DNA from: a virus
Taxonomy: Duplodnaviria > Caudoviricetes
IMG/VR virus record: IMGVR_UViG_3300021387_001709
Location: 1 to 64,000 of that record
Reading direction: 5' to 3' (one strand)
Length of the DNA stretch: 64,000 nucleotides
A program made the translations under genes and the position numbers. Below the pieces are notes generated by a model. The model searched no databases and was not told the origin of the DNA. It saw only the letters and a list, made by a program, of their open reading frames with translations. Positions 1 to 8,941 of the stretch are shown here, piece after piece (position 1 is the stretch's first letter; each line of letters begins with the position of its first letter).

Positions 1-1
1 G

Positions 2-106
2 ACTTCAGATAAAATCCATCAAAACCAAGAAGTTCATAGTATTCGTGGTGTCTGCATTACTATCAAAGCTACTGCTTACAAGAACCCCCCCCCCGTATCC
101 TGGTAA
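2..106 (+). CDS. Partial C5-MTase TRD-like mini-ORF, with a C10 tract at 85-94
   Basis: Frame 2 reads ..QNQEVHSIRGVCITIKATAYKNPPP, like the neighbouring TRD-like ORFs; 5' end lies outside the window. Confidence 0.5.
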   Translation, partial: TSDKIHQNQEVHSIRGVCITIKATAYKNPPPVSW

Positions 107-121
107 TGGAGGCGATGCCCG

Positions 122-310
122 ATGAAGAAGCGACAAATAACAGCAATATTTAAAAATATGGGAAGTTCCAATGAGGATAGAATTCCATCATGCACGTTTA
201 GCGATGTAGCCGTCACAATACTTGCTAGAGATTACAAAGGATGGGGTAATCATTTTGCCAATGGGGTTATTGAGGTTGAAAAACTTGAAACTTATGGAAA
301 AAATCAGTAG
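122..310 (+). CDS. C5-MTase TRD-like mini-ORF
   Basis: DVAVTILARDYKG resembles the variable-region TL.ARDYKG motif of phage C5 methyltransferases; GGAGG upstream. Confidence 0.55.
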   Translation: MKKRQITAIFKNMGSSNEDRIPSCTFSDVAVTILARDYKGWGNHFANGVIEVEKLETYGKNQ

Positions 311-464
311 TATTTTTATCGGCAATATTTACGGACATAAAGACGCTTATGCCGGCGCAGTGTTTGGAGTGCAAGGACTGTGTCCGGCAATCAAGGCGAA
401 TTCTGGTGGGAATACTCAGCCGATGATAGTGGTAGGGTATGAGAACAATGAAAGAACTAATTAG
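285..464 (+). CDS. C5-MTase TRD-like mini-ORF
   Basis: GNIYG..AYAGAVFGVQGLCPAIKANSGGNTQPMI; paralog of 439..642; TTG start after GAGGT. Confidence 0.55.
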   Translation: MKLMEKISSIFIGNIYGHKDAYAGAVFGVQGLCPAIKANSGGNTQPMIVVGYENNERTN

Positions 465-642
465 ATTAGGTAATATATACGGTTTCACCGGTGGATCGTA
501 TGCCGGCAATGTATATTCTCATCGCGGATTATGTCCTGCGATTAACACTGCCGGCGGTGGTAACCGTGAACCGATAGTAATTATTAAAGAGATAGACGAT
601 GAAGCTAATCAAACAAATAATATGCGCGTCGAGAGGACGTAA
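439..642 (+). CDS. C5-MTase TRD-like mini-ORF
   Basis: GNVYSHRGLCPAINTAGGGNREPIV matches the VYS..G..PTL.T..GGN..P.I TRD pattern. Confidence 0.6.
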   Translation: MRTMKELIRLGNIYGFTGGSYAGNVYSHRGLCPAINTAGGGNREPIVIIKEIDDEANQTNNMRVERT

Positions 643-787
643 CCCGGATAATCCGAATGATAGAAGTAAAACAGGCGGAGGTATTCTTGTGCAGCGCCTG
701 GAACTTGCTGAGGATGAACTTGCCCATACAATAACTTCGGTAGCTAAGGATAATTGGGTGTTTGAGATATATGGAAGAGAAGAGTGA
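599..787 (+). CDS. C5-MTase TRD-like mini-ORF
   Basis: ASRGRNPDNP..QRLE..AHTITSVAKDN, a pattern recognised from phage C5-MTase variable regions. Confidence 0.6.
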   Translation: MKLIKQIICASRGRNPDNPNDRSKTGGGILVQRLELAEDELAHTITSVAKDNWVFEIYGREE

Positions 788-968
788 AAACAAACCAATG
801 CCGATTTGTCTCGGCGGAATCGGCGAAATTAATTATGGCAAACAGTACCGCCTCGGTAATCGTGTTTATGACAGCAGAAGTGTTGCTATGGCGCACTGCG
901 CTAATCCTGTCGGTAATCTCGGCGGTTATACATATTTGTATTTGGTAGTAGAGGTTAATAATGAGTAA
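771..968 (+). CDS. C5-MTase TRD-like mini-ORF
   Basis: QYRLGNRVYDSRSVA..GNLGGYTYLYLV; paralog of 1389..1592. Confidence 0.6.
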   Translation: MEEKSENKPMPICLGGIGEINYGKQYRLGNRVYDSRSVAMAHCANPVGNLGGYTYLYLVVEVNNE

Positions 969-1386
969 ACAACTTTTTAAACTTGACAACCATTTATTGT
1001 ATTTTGATTATATATTGGAATATTTTGACTTATTTCATCCGATGTTCTATGTATGTAGGGACGATAATGATGAACGCTTTTTGGTTTTGAGAATGGATTT
1101 ATGTGAGAAGGAATCATACTTGATTACCGAAATTAGTCTAAACGATTTAAATAATATGCTATTAGGGAATATCACTATAAGATCGGCATTCCTTGATCGA
1201 CCATCATTCTACGAAGTTCAATGTCCAACAGAGAACTATTTAGATGACGTAGTAACAAAACATGAAATATCGGAGTTTCCCATAGAATATTTACCGGACA
1301 AAGATTATAAATATATTTTATATGATGACGAGCATAGAGAGTATCAAAAACGAATTGCGAAAGAATTGGAGAAAACCAATAGTTAA
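961..1386 (+). CDS. Hypothetical protein inserted among the TRD-like ORFs (possibly DUF6575-like)
   Basis: 141-aa acidic ORF with RBS; family call is a tentative resemblance. Confidence 0.5.
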   Translation: MSKQLFKLDNHLLYFDYILEYFDLFHPMFYVCRDDNDERFLVLRMDLCEKESYLITEISLNDLNNMLLGNITIRSAFLDRPSFYEVQCPTENYLDDVVTKHEISEFPIEYLPDKDYKYILYDDEHREYQKRIAKELEKTNS

Positions 1387-1388
1387 TT

Positions 1389-1592
1389 ATGAAAGAAATT
1401 GGACTAATATTTTTAGGTGGTCTCGAGAGTAGTTTGTGGCTAGATAATGGCAAGAAGTTATCTCGGAATTTCCGCCAGGGATACAGAGTATATGATAGTC
1501 GAGGATTAGCTAATACGCTGCCGAGTAGTAGCATTGGCGGTCTTGGCGGCAATAGTGGATTGTATTTAGTAGTAACTAAAGAAAGGAAATAA
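1389..1592 (+). CDS. C5-MTase TRD-like mini-ORF
   Basis: FRQGYRVYDSRGLANTLPSSSIGGLGGNSGLYLV, with the TL dipeptide typical of TRDs. Confidence 0.6.
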   Translation: MKEIGLIFLGGLESSLWLDNGKKLSRNFRQGYRVYDSRGLANTLPSSSIGGLGGNSGLYLVVTKERK

Positions 1593-1596
1593 TATT

Positions 1597-1872
1597 ATGG
1601 AAGAAACTAAGTATAGATACCGAATTCGAAAACTCACGCCAAAAGAATGTTGGCGATTGATGGATATAGCCGGACCAAATGATGAGTATTTTAATAGAGC
1701 AGAACAAGTCAATTCGAATTCACAGCTCTTTAAGGAGGCCGGAAACGGTATCGTCAGATCAGTACTCATGGGGATTTTCTCGCAGCTTGATATCGCCGGT
1801 ATCCGCAAGTGGAATGATATGAGTGATGAAGAAATTGACCGTATGTTGCATTATCAAGAAATAAGTGCTTGA
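1597..1872 (+). CDS. C5 DNA methyltransferase C-terminal subunit (motifs IX-X only)
   Basis: RIRKLTPKECWRLM (motif IX) and SNSQLFKEAGNGIV (motif X); own RBS AAAGGA. Confidence 0.85.
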   Translation: MEETKYRYRIRKLTPKECWRLMDIAGPNDEYFNRAEQVNSNSQLFKEAGNGIVRSVLMGIFSQLDIAGIRKWNDMSDEEIDRMLHYQEISA

Positions 1873-1921
1873 TTAATTATTAAATGTGTGGTAATGTATA
1901 GATAATCAATTAATTATTAAA
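1869..1921 (+). promoter_or_regulatory. Sigma-A-like promoter with two TTAATTATTAAA boxes
   Basis: TTGATT-17-TAATGT; boxes at 1873-1884 and 1910-1921. Confidence 0.55.
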
Positions 1922-1933
1922 GGAGACGATTAT

Positions 1934-2167
1934 ATGGCAGAACCCGGAACCCTAACCCAGGAGCATGTACTCCAGTGGACGAATACGATGATGGACTTAT
2001 ACACGGACAAACGCCTGATGACATTCGGACTGTTCCGAGATTTGTTTAACCATATTGAGTGGTACTACTGTAAGTATCCGGACGGTACAGTGGTAAAGCT
2101 GTCCGGCAATGTCCACGTAGCTATTGATGAGTTTAATAAGCGGTCGCCTAATAGTACCGCAATGTAA
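1934..2167 (+). CDS. Hypothetical protein
   Basis: AAGGAG RBS; follows the promoter. Confidence 0.6.
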   Translation: MAEPGTLTQEHVLQWTNTMMDLYTDKRLMTFGLFRDLFNHIEWYYCKYPDGTVVKLSGNVHVAIDEFNKRSPNSTAM

Positions 2168-2780
2168 GGTGGTGATTATCATTAGCAAATATAGCGGTCG
2201 TTGTGATTGTTACGATGTTCTTGTAGATATTCGTGAAGTCACAGATTTTTCTAAAGTAAAAATATATGCATATGGTAATTTCATTATTCCGCTACGAATT
2301 GACTCCCAGAAGGACTTGATGCCGTATTATCCGTACATAGTCGCAATAAGCGTTGGGAATAGTGACGGTACTCAAATTATCCATCTGAGTGAGAAATCCC
2401 ATGTGGATGCCGAAGAAGAAGACAATCTCACATGGGATCTCGATACCCTCAAACAGTACTATCGACGCCAGAAGCGTAAACATCAGCCGTTTGATAGCAC
2501 CGAAGCATTGAAGAAAATAAGCTTTTTCAGTGAATCTCCGGAAGTTGCTCCCGAGTACAAGAAGGAACTTGTTAATCGAGTTAAAGAACTTGGTGAAAAA
2601 GCTACTATAGAAGATATACACATTCCGTTTATGGATACCATGAGACAGCGGCTCTATGAAGACATGGTTGCTGCCGGATGGAATGATGACCGTGCTTATG
2701 AGTGGTGCTTTGGCTGGCGGAGATTATGGAATAGGACGAAAAACGCATTGTCAAAAAGTGAGGAAAACACTGGAAAATAA
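2124..2780 (+). CDS. Hypothetical protein (start uncertain)
   Basis: 218-codon ORF on the operon strand. Confidence 0.6.
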   Translation: MMSLISGRLIVPQCKVVIIISKYSGRCDCYDVLVDIREVTDFSKVKIYAYGNFIIPLRIDSQKDLMPYYPYIVAISVGNSDGTQIIHLSEKSHVDAEEEDNLTWDLDTLKQYYRRQKRKHQPFDSTEALKKISFFSESPEVAPEYKKELVNRVKELGEKATIEDIHIPFMDTMRQRLYEDMVAAGWNDDRAYEWCFGWRRLWNRTKNALSKSEENTGK

Positions 2781-2853
2781 ATTATTAAAAAATACAATGA
2801 AAATTGAATTTTATTGTATCTATACCGGTACTGCTTATTGTATCGGTATAGAA

Positions 2854-2980
2854 ATTGAATAATGTATCCAGAGAATTTCCGGTATCTTGCCTGAAATAAT
2901 CTGGTAATGGCTACGGGATATAGCCAATCAAAAATCCCCATATATTGTTGGCGGAACTCGACATTGAACGCTATGGGTAG
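2854..2980 (+). ncRNA. Omega/tracr-like scaffold RNA, copy 1
   Basis: Stems CCAGA/TCTGG and GGCTA-CGGGATA-TAGCC; anti-repeat TCCCCATATA (2935-2944) is the exact complement of repeat TATATGGGGA; ACGCTATGGGTAG; covaries with copy 2. Confidence 0.7.
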
Positions 2981-3119
2981 TATATGTCTCGTGTATATAG
3001 GGAGTATCCCCTGTACTCGTAGAGTGGGCATTTTTCCAGCGGACATGCCCCGTGTATATGGGGAGTATCTTGTACTCCTCTTCGGGAAAAAGTTGTTCCA
3101 TCTGTATGGAGAGTATCCT
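2981..3119 (+). CRISPR. Degenerate mini-array 1: three ~30-nt type I-E-like repeats
   Basis: Repeats 2981-3010, 3042-3071 and 3090-3119 (e.g. GACATGCCCCGTGTATATGGGGAGTATCTT); spacers 31 and 18 nt; first period 61 nt. Confidence 0.65.
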
Positions 3120-3237
3120 GAAAGAACTTGCTATGTTCCATATATAGAGAAAATTTATATGGTAAAATGGGTAGTATTCCAGTTTTGTATCATATAATGA
3201 GTGTTCTATAAATGACGATAATTTAGGAGAAAATATA

Positions 3238-4611
3238 TTGGCAAAGAAACAAATACCGACTCGTGTTCAAAAAATACTTATTAAAAATAATAGCAACAAA
3301 CTCGGAAAACCATATAAGCGTGATATAGAAAAATCTAATAATGACGGCATTACATATGGAGACTATTTCAATCAAATAGATGAACTGAGTTTAAAAACCA
3401 GAAATCTTTATAATGAAGCAAATTATGTTATTCGTCAGAAATTTTTTGAAACTTGCAAAGAAAAAGAAGCCGGGTTGCGAGACCATGCGGTTTGGCTAAG
3501 ATATAATGAACTCTATCCGATTTGCAGAGATCTTAATCCATATAATAAGAAACCGCTTAACGATTTTAAAACCGTCGGATGTAGCGGTATTGCACAACAT
3601 ACTCTGAAGATATTGGATAGAAATTGGAAATCATTTTTCGAATCTATTAAAGACTACAAAGAGAATCCAAATAAATATAAGAAAACACCTAAACCTCCGA
3701 GGTATATGAAGAATAATAAACGAGTTGTTGTTGAGTTAACCAGTAATGAGGTGAAAAACAAGGACGGCTACGTATTCTTTTCCTTATCTTCGTTTAAAAA
3801 TCTCAATAATACGTTTAAATTGCGAAATCCCGACGAACGTATTTATTCTGCGAGATTCGTCCCTGTCGGAACTGGTAAAAGTAAAGTTGAAGCTTATGTA
3901 TTTGAGATTATCCAGGTAGTTGATGTTCCAAATATAGAAAGCGTTCCTACCAGGAGAATTGCCGGAATTGATCTGGGAGTTAATAACTTAGCAACTATTG
4001 CAACAAACTGCGGAGTTAATCCGATTGCAATAAACGGTCGCCCATTAAAAAGTATCAATGCTTATTATAATAAGAAGCTTGCCACAATGAAATCCGAGTT
4101 GAAAAAGAAGAACGATAAAGATTGGTCAAAAAGATTAACTAATTTTACACAAAAACGAAATCGTAGGGTCGAAGATTACATTCATAAGGCTTCTGCAAAA
4201 ATTGTAAGTTGGTGCGTTGAAAATAATATCGATACTGTTGTGTGTGGTCATAACACTGATTGGAAACAGGAATCAAACATGGGAGCAACCAATAATCAGA
4301 ATTTTACATACATTCCCCATTCTAAATTGATTCAAAAAATAAAATATAAATGCGAAAACAATGGCATACGTTTTATAGAAACCGAAGAGGGTTACACCAG
4401 TGGCACGAGTTTTCTCGACGGAGAAGACCCCATCAAAGAAAATTACAATAAATCCAGAAGACTTCATCGTGGGATGTTTGTCTCAAATAGCAAAGAACTA
4501 ATCAATGCTGATGTGAATGGGGCTTATCAAATTATTAAAAAGGCATTTCCGGATGCGTATAATGTATGTGATGAATTCGGAAGACATCCTATAATTATTA
4601 ATATTGAATGA
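3238..4611 (+). CDS. tnpB: TnpB/Cas12f-like RNA-guided RuvC nuclease
   Basis: RuvC-I IAGIDLGVNNLA; VVCGHNTDWKQ in place of the canonical Glu, with ETEEGYTS (rearranged Glu clade); RuvC-III INADVNGAYQI; no Zn finger; no tnpA nearby. Confidence 0.9.
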   Translation: MAKKQIPTRVQKILIKNNSNKLGKPYKRDIEKSNNDGITYGDYFNQIDELSLKTRNLYNEANYVIRQKFFETCKEKEAGLRDHAVWLRYNELYPICRDLNPYNKKPLNDFKTVGCSGIAQHTLKILDRNWKSFFESIKDYKENPNKYKKTPKPPRYMKNNKRVVVELTSNEVKNKDGYVFFSLSSFKNLNNTFKLRNPDERIYSARFVPVGTGKSKVEAYVFEIIQVVDVPNIESVPTRRIAGIDLGVNNLATIATNCGVNPIAINGRPLKSINAYYNKKLATMKSELKKKNDKDWSKRLTNFTQKRNRRVEDYIHKASAKIVSWCVENNIDTVVCGHNTDWKQESNMGATNNQNFTYIPHSKLIQKIKYKCENNGIRFIETEEGYTSGTSFLDGEDPIKENYNKSRRLHRGMFVSNSKELINADVNGAYQIIKKAFPDAYNVCDEFGRHPIIINIE

Positions 4612-4727
4612 TGTAGTCGGAGTCAATCCGATAATCGCCACGGGATATGGCGTTTAAGTTAATACTTATAAATCCTCACATAACTAAATATTGGAATACG
4701 GAATATGTGCAGTACGCTATCGGTAGT
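4603..4727 (+). ncRNA. Omega/tracr-like scaffold RNA, copy 2, overlapping the tnpB 3' end
   Basis: Stems TCGGA/TCCGA and CGCCA-CGGGATA-TGGCG; bipartite anti-repeat ATCCTCACATA (4672-4682) plus ATACGGAATA (4696-4705); ACGCTATCGGTAG. Confidence 0.75.
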
Positions 4728-4898
4728 GTTTATTCCGTATGTGTGTGGGATGTCCTACTATATTGATAAAACTAAAAACGGTTTATTCCGTACATGTGTG
4801 GGAATATCCTAAGATGAAGGCGAAATCCAAAGAGGGATATCTTCAAATCAGAAGAAGTACCGTATTACCTAGTTTATTTCGTATGTGGGAGATATCCT
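4728..4898 (+). CRISPR. Degenerate mini-array 2: three repeats plus a probable half repeat
   Basis: GTTTATTCCGTATGTGTGTGGGATGTCCT (4728-4756), GTTTATTCCGTACATGTGTGGGAATATCCT (4781-4810), GTTTATTTCGTATGTGGGAGATATCCT (4872-4898); remnant GAGGGATATCTT at about 4832-4843. Confidence 0.75.
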
Positions 4899-4952
4899 TT
4901 GGTAGCCGATAACTAAATAATTATTTACTACCCATAGAAAGGAATGGTGCGA

Positions 4953-6068
4953 TTGGATCAGATTGATGTTAGTAAATTGCGAGTAGGATAGGTTTATAGT
5001 TATAAAGAATTGTGTGATTTAATAGGAGCCGAATATAAACAGGGGAATAGTAGAACTCTCCAACTCCAGGGTTTTGGGGAGAATGGTTTTCACCGTTTCT
5101 TTAATTTTGAAAAAATTGGCTATGGAAAATATAAGATAATCGAAATATATGAAACGCCATTATACATAAAAAACAACAGAGATGCCGGGAATTCATCCGT
5201 ATATTTACCATACATAGAATTGATAATGCTTCGTTATCTAGCTGCAGAATATGGGAGAGAAATAACTTTTAGCAGAAAAAGGCTCTGGAAGTTACTAGGA
5301 ATGATAAATGAAAAATATGGCTCTATAGAAAATGAAAAATTATTAGAATTAAATAAAGTAATAACATCTTATGAGATTGATAATTTTTATTTTAGAGCAA
5401 ACCATAAACTAGATAGAATATTAAAAACAGCGCTTAATAATCTATCTAATAGAAGTTTAATCGAAGCTATTCCAAAAACTATTATATGTAAGATTGTTAA
5501 CGGCTATGAAAAACATGTTGCGGCGACAGATGAGGAAATAGCAATAATTCTTTCAGTTAATAGGGAAAAATTAGATGAATTTAATTGTGAGACTATTTCT
5601 CAAGTTATTTTAAGAAAAAAACAAAAAGATTTTTTCAAAAAAGTAAATGATGAATTATATAAACGGTATGGTTGGAAATATTATTACAGAGCATACAAAA
5701 TTATATTTAATTACGAAGACATAAAAAGCTTTATACCTCGTCTCGAATTAAACTTAAAAGATGCAATTTCTGGATTGAATTCAAAAATTATCGATGTATT
5801 AAATTCCGAAGCTGAAAATTTATATAATAATAAATTGCAAGAATACAATAAAGGGATTGACGAAGCACAAGATGAAAACAGCTTTATGATTGCAATTAGG
5901 GCATGGCATTATCCGGAAAATTATGTTATTGCTCAGAAATTATTAGCAAAAGAACTAATAAGCATATGTGATCGAGACTCGGACTATGTCGATAATATTT
6001 TTGATAGTTCAGCAGAATATGATGAAATCAATAAAGAACTGGAAGAATTATTTTTGGTTGATGATTAA
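4953..6068 (+). CDS. Putative DNA-binding or replication-initiator-like phage protein, read through TAG at 4989
   Basis: Frame extends upstream to TTG 4953 behind AAGGA, giving ..SKLRVG(Q)VYSYKELCDLIG; function is inferred. Confidence 0.55.
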
Positions 6069-6069
6069 A

Positions 6070-6129
6070 GTTGACACTTTATGTGTACCATAGTAATACT
6101 TCTCTTATTGGTACGCTTAAAGTGACAAC
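6070..6129. repeat. 60-bp imperfect palindrome overlapping a TTGACA promoter
   Basis: GTTGACACTTT..GTACCA / TGGTAC..AAAGTGACAAC. Confidence 0.6.
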
Positions 6130-6447
6130 TTCATTTTACTCTATATATTTCCTACAAAAATCCACACTATCCCTCACCAAATTCACGGTACTCAAAAATA
6201 TAATCTGTCGATTGCCGCAGCGACTCCGTCACTGCGGGAAATATAAATATATTATTATAATATCCCCAAGGAGGCCACCCCATGTATGCAGAATGCATCA
6301 ATCCACCAAATGAACTATTTACTAGCGGAGAACTATACCAGTATTCCCAACCCGGCGAAGATTACGAAATCTATGTTAGCGACTATTACACACTGCTGTT
6401 ATCTGATGAGCAGTTTGATTATTACTTCCGACAAGTATGAGGAGAAA

Positions 6448-7885
6448 ATGTCTATGGAACGATTATCCGGCGAATACAATCGCGGTTTTACACAAGGACT
6501 GCTTGCCGTTCAGGACGTGCTCAAATACATCCAGCTGGATTTAGCCTACCACAAAAAACGACTTACCCCAAAGCTGATTGATGATCTCATGCAGTGTTGC
6601 ATAAAGAACCGAGAACGTCTTCGCGAGAGTATGAATGGATTTATTAGATATAATGGTAAAACAAATTCTTTTGAGTTCTATGAGCCGAATACAAGGAGGT
6701 AATCACAATGAATAAATCAAAATTTGCCGTAGGTGACAAGGTTGTCTGCGGCTATCCTAATGTTTTAAATCCGGCTATCGGCACGGTCATAAGAGTTACC
6801 GATAATCAGGAGGACGTGGTCGTAGATTTTGATGGATACCAAGAAACATTTGATTGCTATGGTCACAGTAAATTGCATGACATATGGTACTGTAGCCACA
6901 TTGATTTACTTACCCCAGCCATAGAACAAGACATCAAGGACAATTTGGCAATCGCCAAGTGTAAAAAGATGATGAAAGATACCGTATTAATCAATGCCGA
7001 TCAGGCAGCCAGAATAATTGCAATTCTTGAGGAGGAACACAATGAAAATCAATATTAATTCTTTCGGTGACGAACTTCAGACAATGGACATGTATCTGGG
7101 CGTAGACGATTACGTTGCCCTGTTTAAGAAACAAGTCGGATTTGGTACGCTTCTTCGTGTGTATGAGGAACTTGGCAAAATTATATCTAGTGACAAAGAT
7201 CGACTCCGTGAGTGGCTCGGCGGTGATTGGTATAAGTCAGTGATTGATACTACCAACAAAGTTGCTGATATTATCAATAGCAATAATATTACCGACAAAG
7301 AGATTCCCGACATTTATCCTCTCACTGTAGTTAGCGATCGCTACAATGGTACATACTCCGGCGGTAAATATACTGCGTGGGCGCTTTACCCCGAGGGTAT
7401 TCCGGAAGCTGTTTTTAGCGATGACAATACGTGCTGGAACTATTTCAGAACTACTCGTGATATTTATGGTCGAGGGGATACTCCCAATGAAGCAATCATC
7501 GATTTGGAAAAAAGGTCAAAGGAGAACGCAGACAATGAATGAAGAACGTCATAATGTCGTAGCCACTTGGTCCGGGCAGTACCCATGCTTGTGTAGCGGT
7601 ACCTGGACACTTACCATTGACGGTAAGGATTATACAGACCATATACCCCAGGAAATTATCAATGAACCGATGTATACATTTGGTACATATTCCCAGTGGG
7701 ATTTTGATGACGAATGGCGAGAGGAATTTGAAGATTACGAGGACGGTTTATCCTCAGTTGATTGGATAGCCGCTAATGACGAATGGTTAAGTACGATAAC
7801 CGATGATTATAACCTCAAACTCCAGATTTACTTCGCATTTAATGAGAACGATTTCCGCTACGGTAGTTGCGGCGGTTGTATATAA
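6448..7885 (+). other. Four translationally coupled hypothetical genes (6448-6702, 6708-7058, ~7042-7542, ~7535-7885)
   Basis: Each has a GGAG RBS and abutting or overlapping start and stop codons. Confidence 0.65.
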
Positions 7886-7897
7886 GGAGGATTCCCC

Positions 7898-8296
7898 ATG
7901 GTAAGAATTATTATTTGCGGTTCACGAGAATTTAATGATTATGCCAAACTTTGCCGAGTAATGGATAATATTGGGATCCATTCTATTGCTAACAACGATT
8001 ATGTCGAAATTATCAGCGGTCATGCGAGAGGAGCAGATATGGTCGGCGAAAAATTTGCCAATCAGTATGGTTATCCACTCAAGGTGTTTCCGGCTGATTG
8101 GAATACTTACGGTAAATCTGCCGGAATGATAAGAAATCGCCAGATGGCCGACTATGCTGCCCAGGCAGACGAAGCAATTGTGGTTGCGTTTCCAATCGGA
8201 GCAAGCCGGGGAACTCGCAATATGATTGACACATCCAGAAAGCATGGATTCGAAGTATATGTAATCGAGGAGAACGATGATGTCGAAGCCGATTGA
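7898..8296 (+). CDS. SLOG-family (YspA/DUF2493-like) protein
   Basis: IIICGSREF, IISGHARGAD, GKSAGMIRNRQM, SRGTRNMI. Confidence 0.85.
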   Translation: MVRIIICGSREFNDYAKLCRVMDNIGIHSIANNDYVEIISGHARGADMVGEKFANQYGYPLKVFPADWNTYGKSAGMIRNRQMADYAAQADEAIVVAFPIGASRGTRNMIDTSRKHGFEVYVIEENDDVEAD

Positions 8297-8941
8297 TTGG
8301 GAACTAATCGACCATTTTATTAATAAATATAGTGAAATTAAGAATGATAGTAATTCTAATTTCATGACGACAGTGAGCATGTTATATGCTATTATATTTA
8401 TTTTGGATTACTATCAAATAAGTAGATCGGACCTTGGAGAAGAACGCTTAAGTAAAATTATATAAGGAATACGGCAATGGTAAATAGAATTAAACGGTTT
8501 ATTAAACAGCTGTTATGTCACCATGAGTACCACATAATCCGCTGGCACTATACTCATGGGGTGATGAATAACAATCCTGCGTTTATCGAAGGATTAAAAA
8601 TATGTGCTATATGCGGTAAGCGGAAGTATTTTTATTGCTCCCAAAGTAGTAAACTTGGAAAGTATATAGTGACTTGCTTGCAAGGACGACAGTGGTAAGG
8701 AGAATTAGTATGATGAAGGTTAAAGATTTATTTGCGGGTATTCTATTACCGAGTGCAATTGTTCTACTGCTCATTGAAGACGGCGATTTTGTAGGCATAT
8801 TTGAAGCTAAAAACTATCCGGTGCAATATGCATGGTGGGAAGTAACCGGTGTATCCAGTGATTACTTCGAGGGTGATAGCCCGTTCAACGGATCGGTGGT
8901 TAAGGTATGGATTAAAGAATCGGATGAAGAAGAGTAATATC

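Noticed and set aside
3130-3159. Fourth repeat of array 1
   Set aside because: Only TGTTCCAT.T.TA is shared; the TATCC end is missing and the spacer would be about 10 nt
3238-4611. Ordinary IS200/IS605 or IS607 transposon
   Set aside because: No tnpA or serine recombinase is adjacent; the flanks are scaffold and array modules instead
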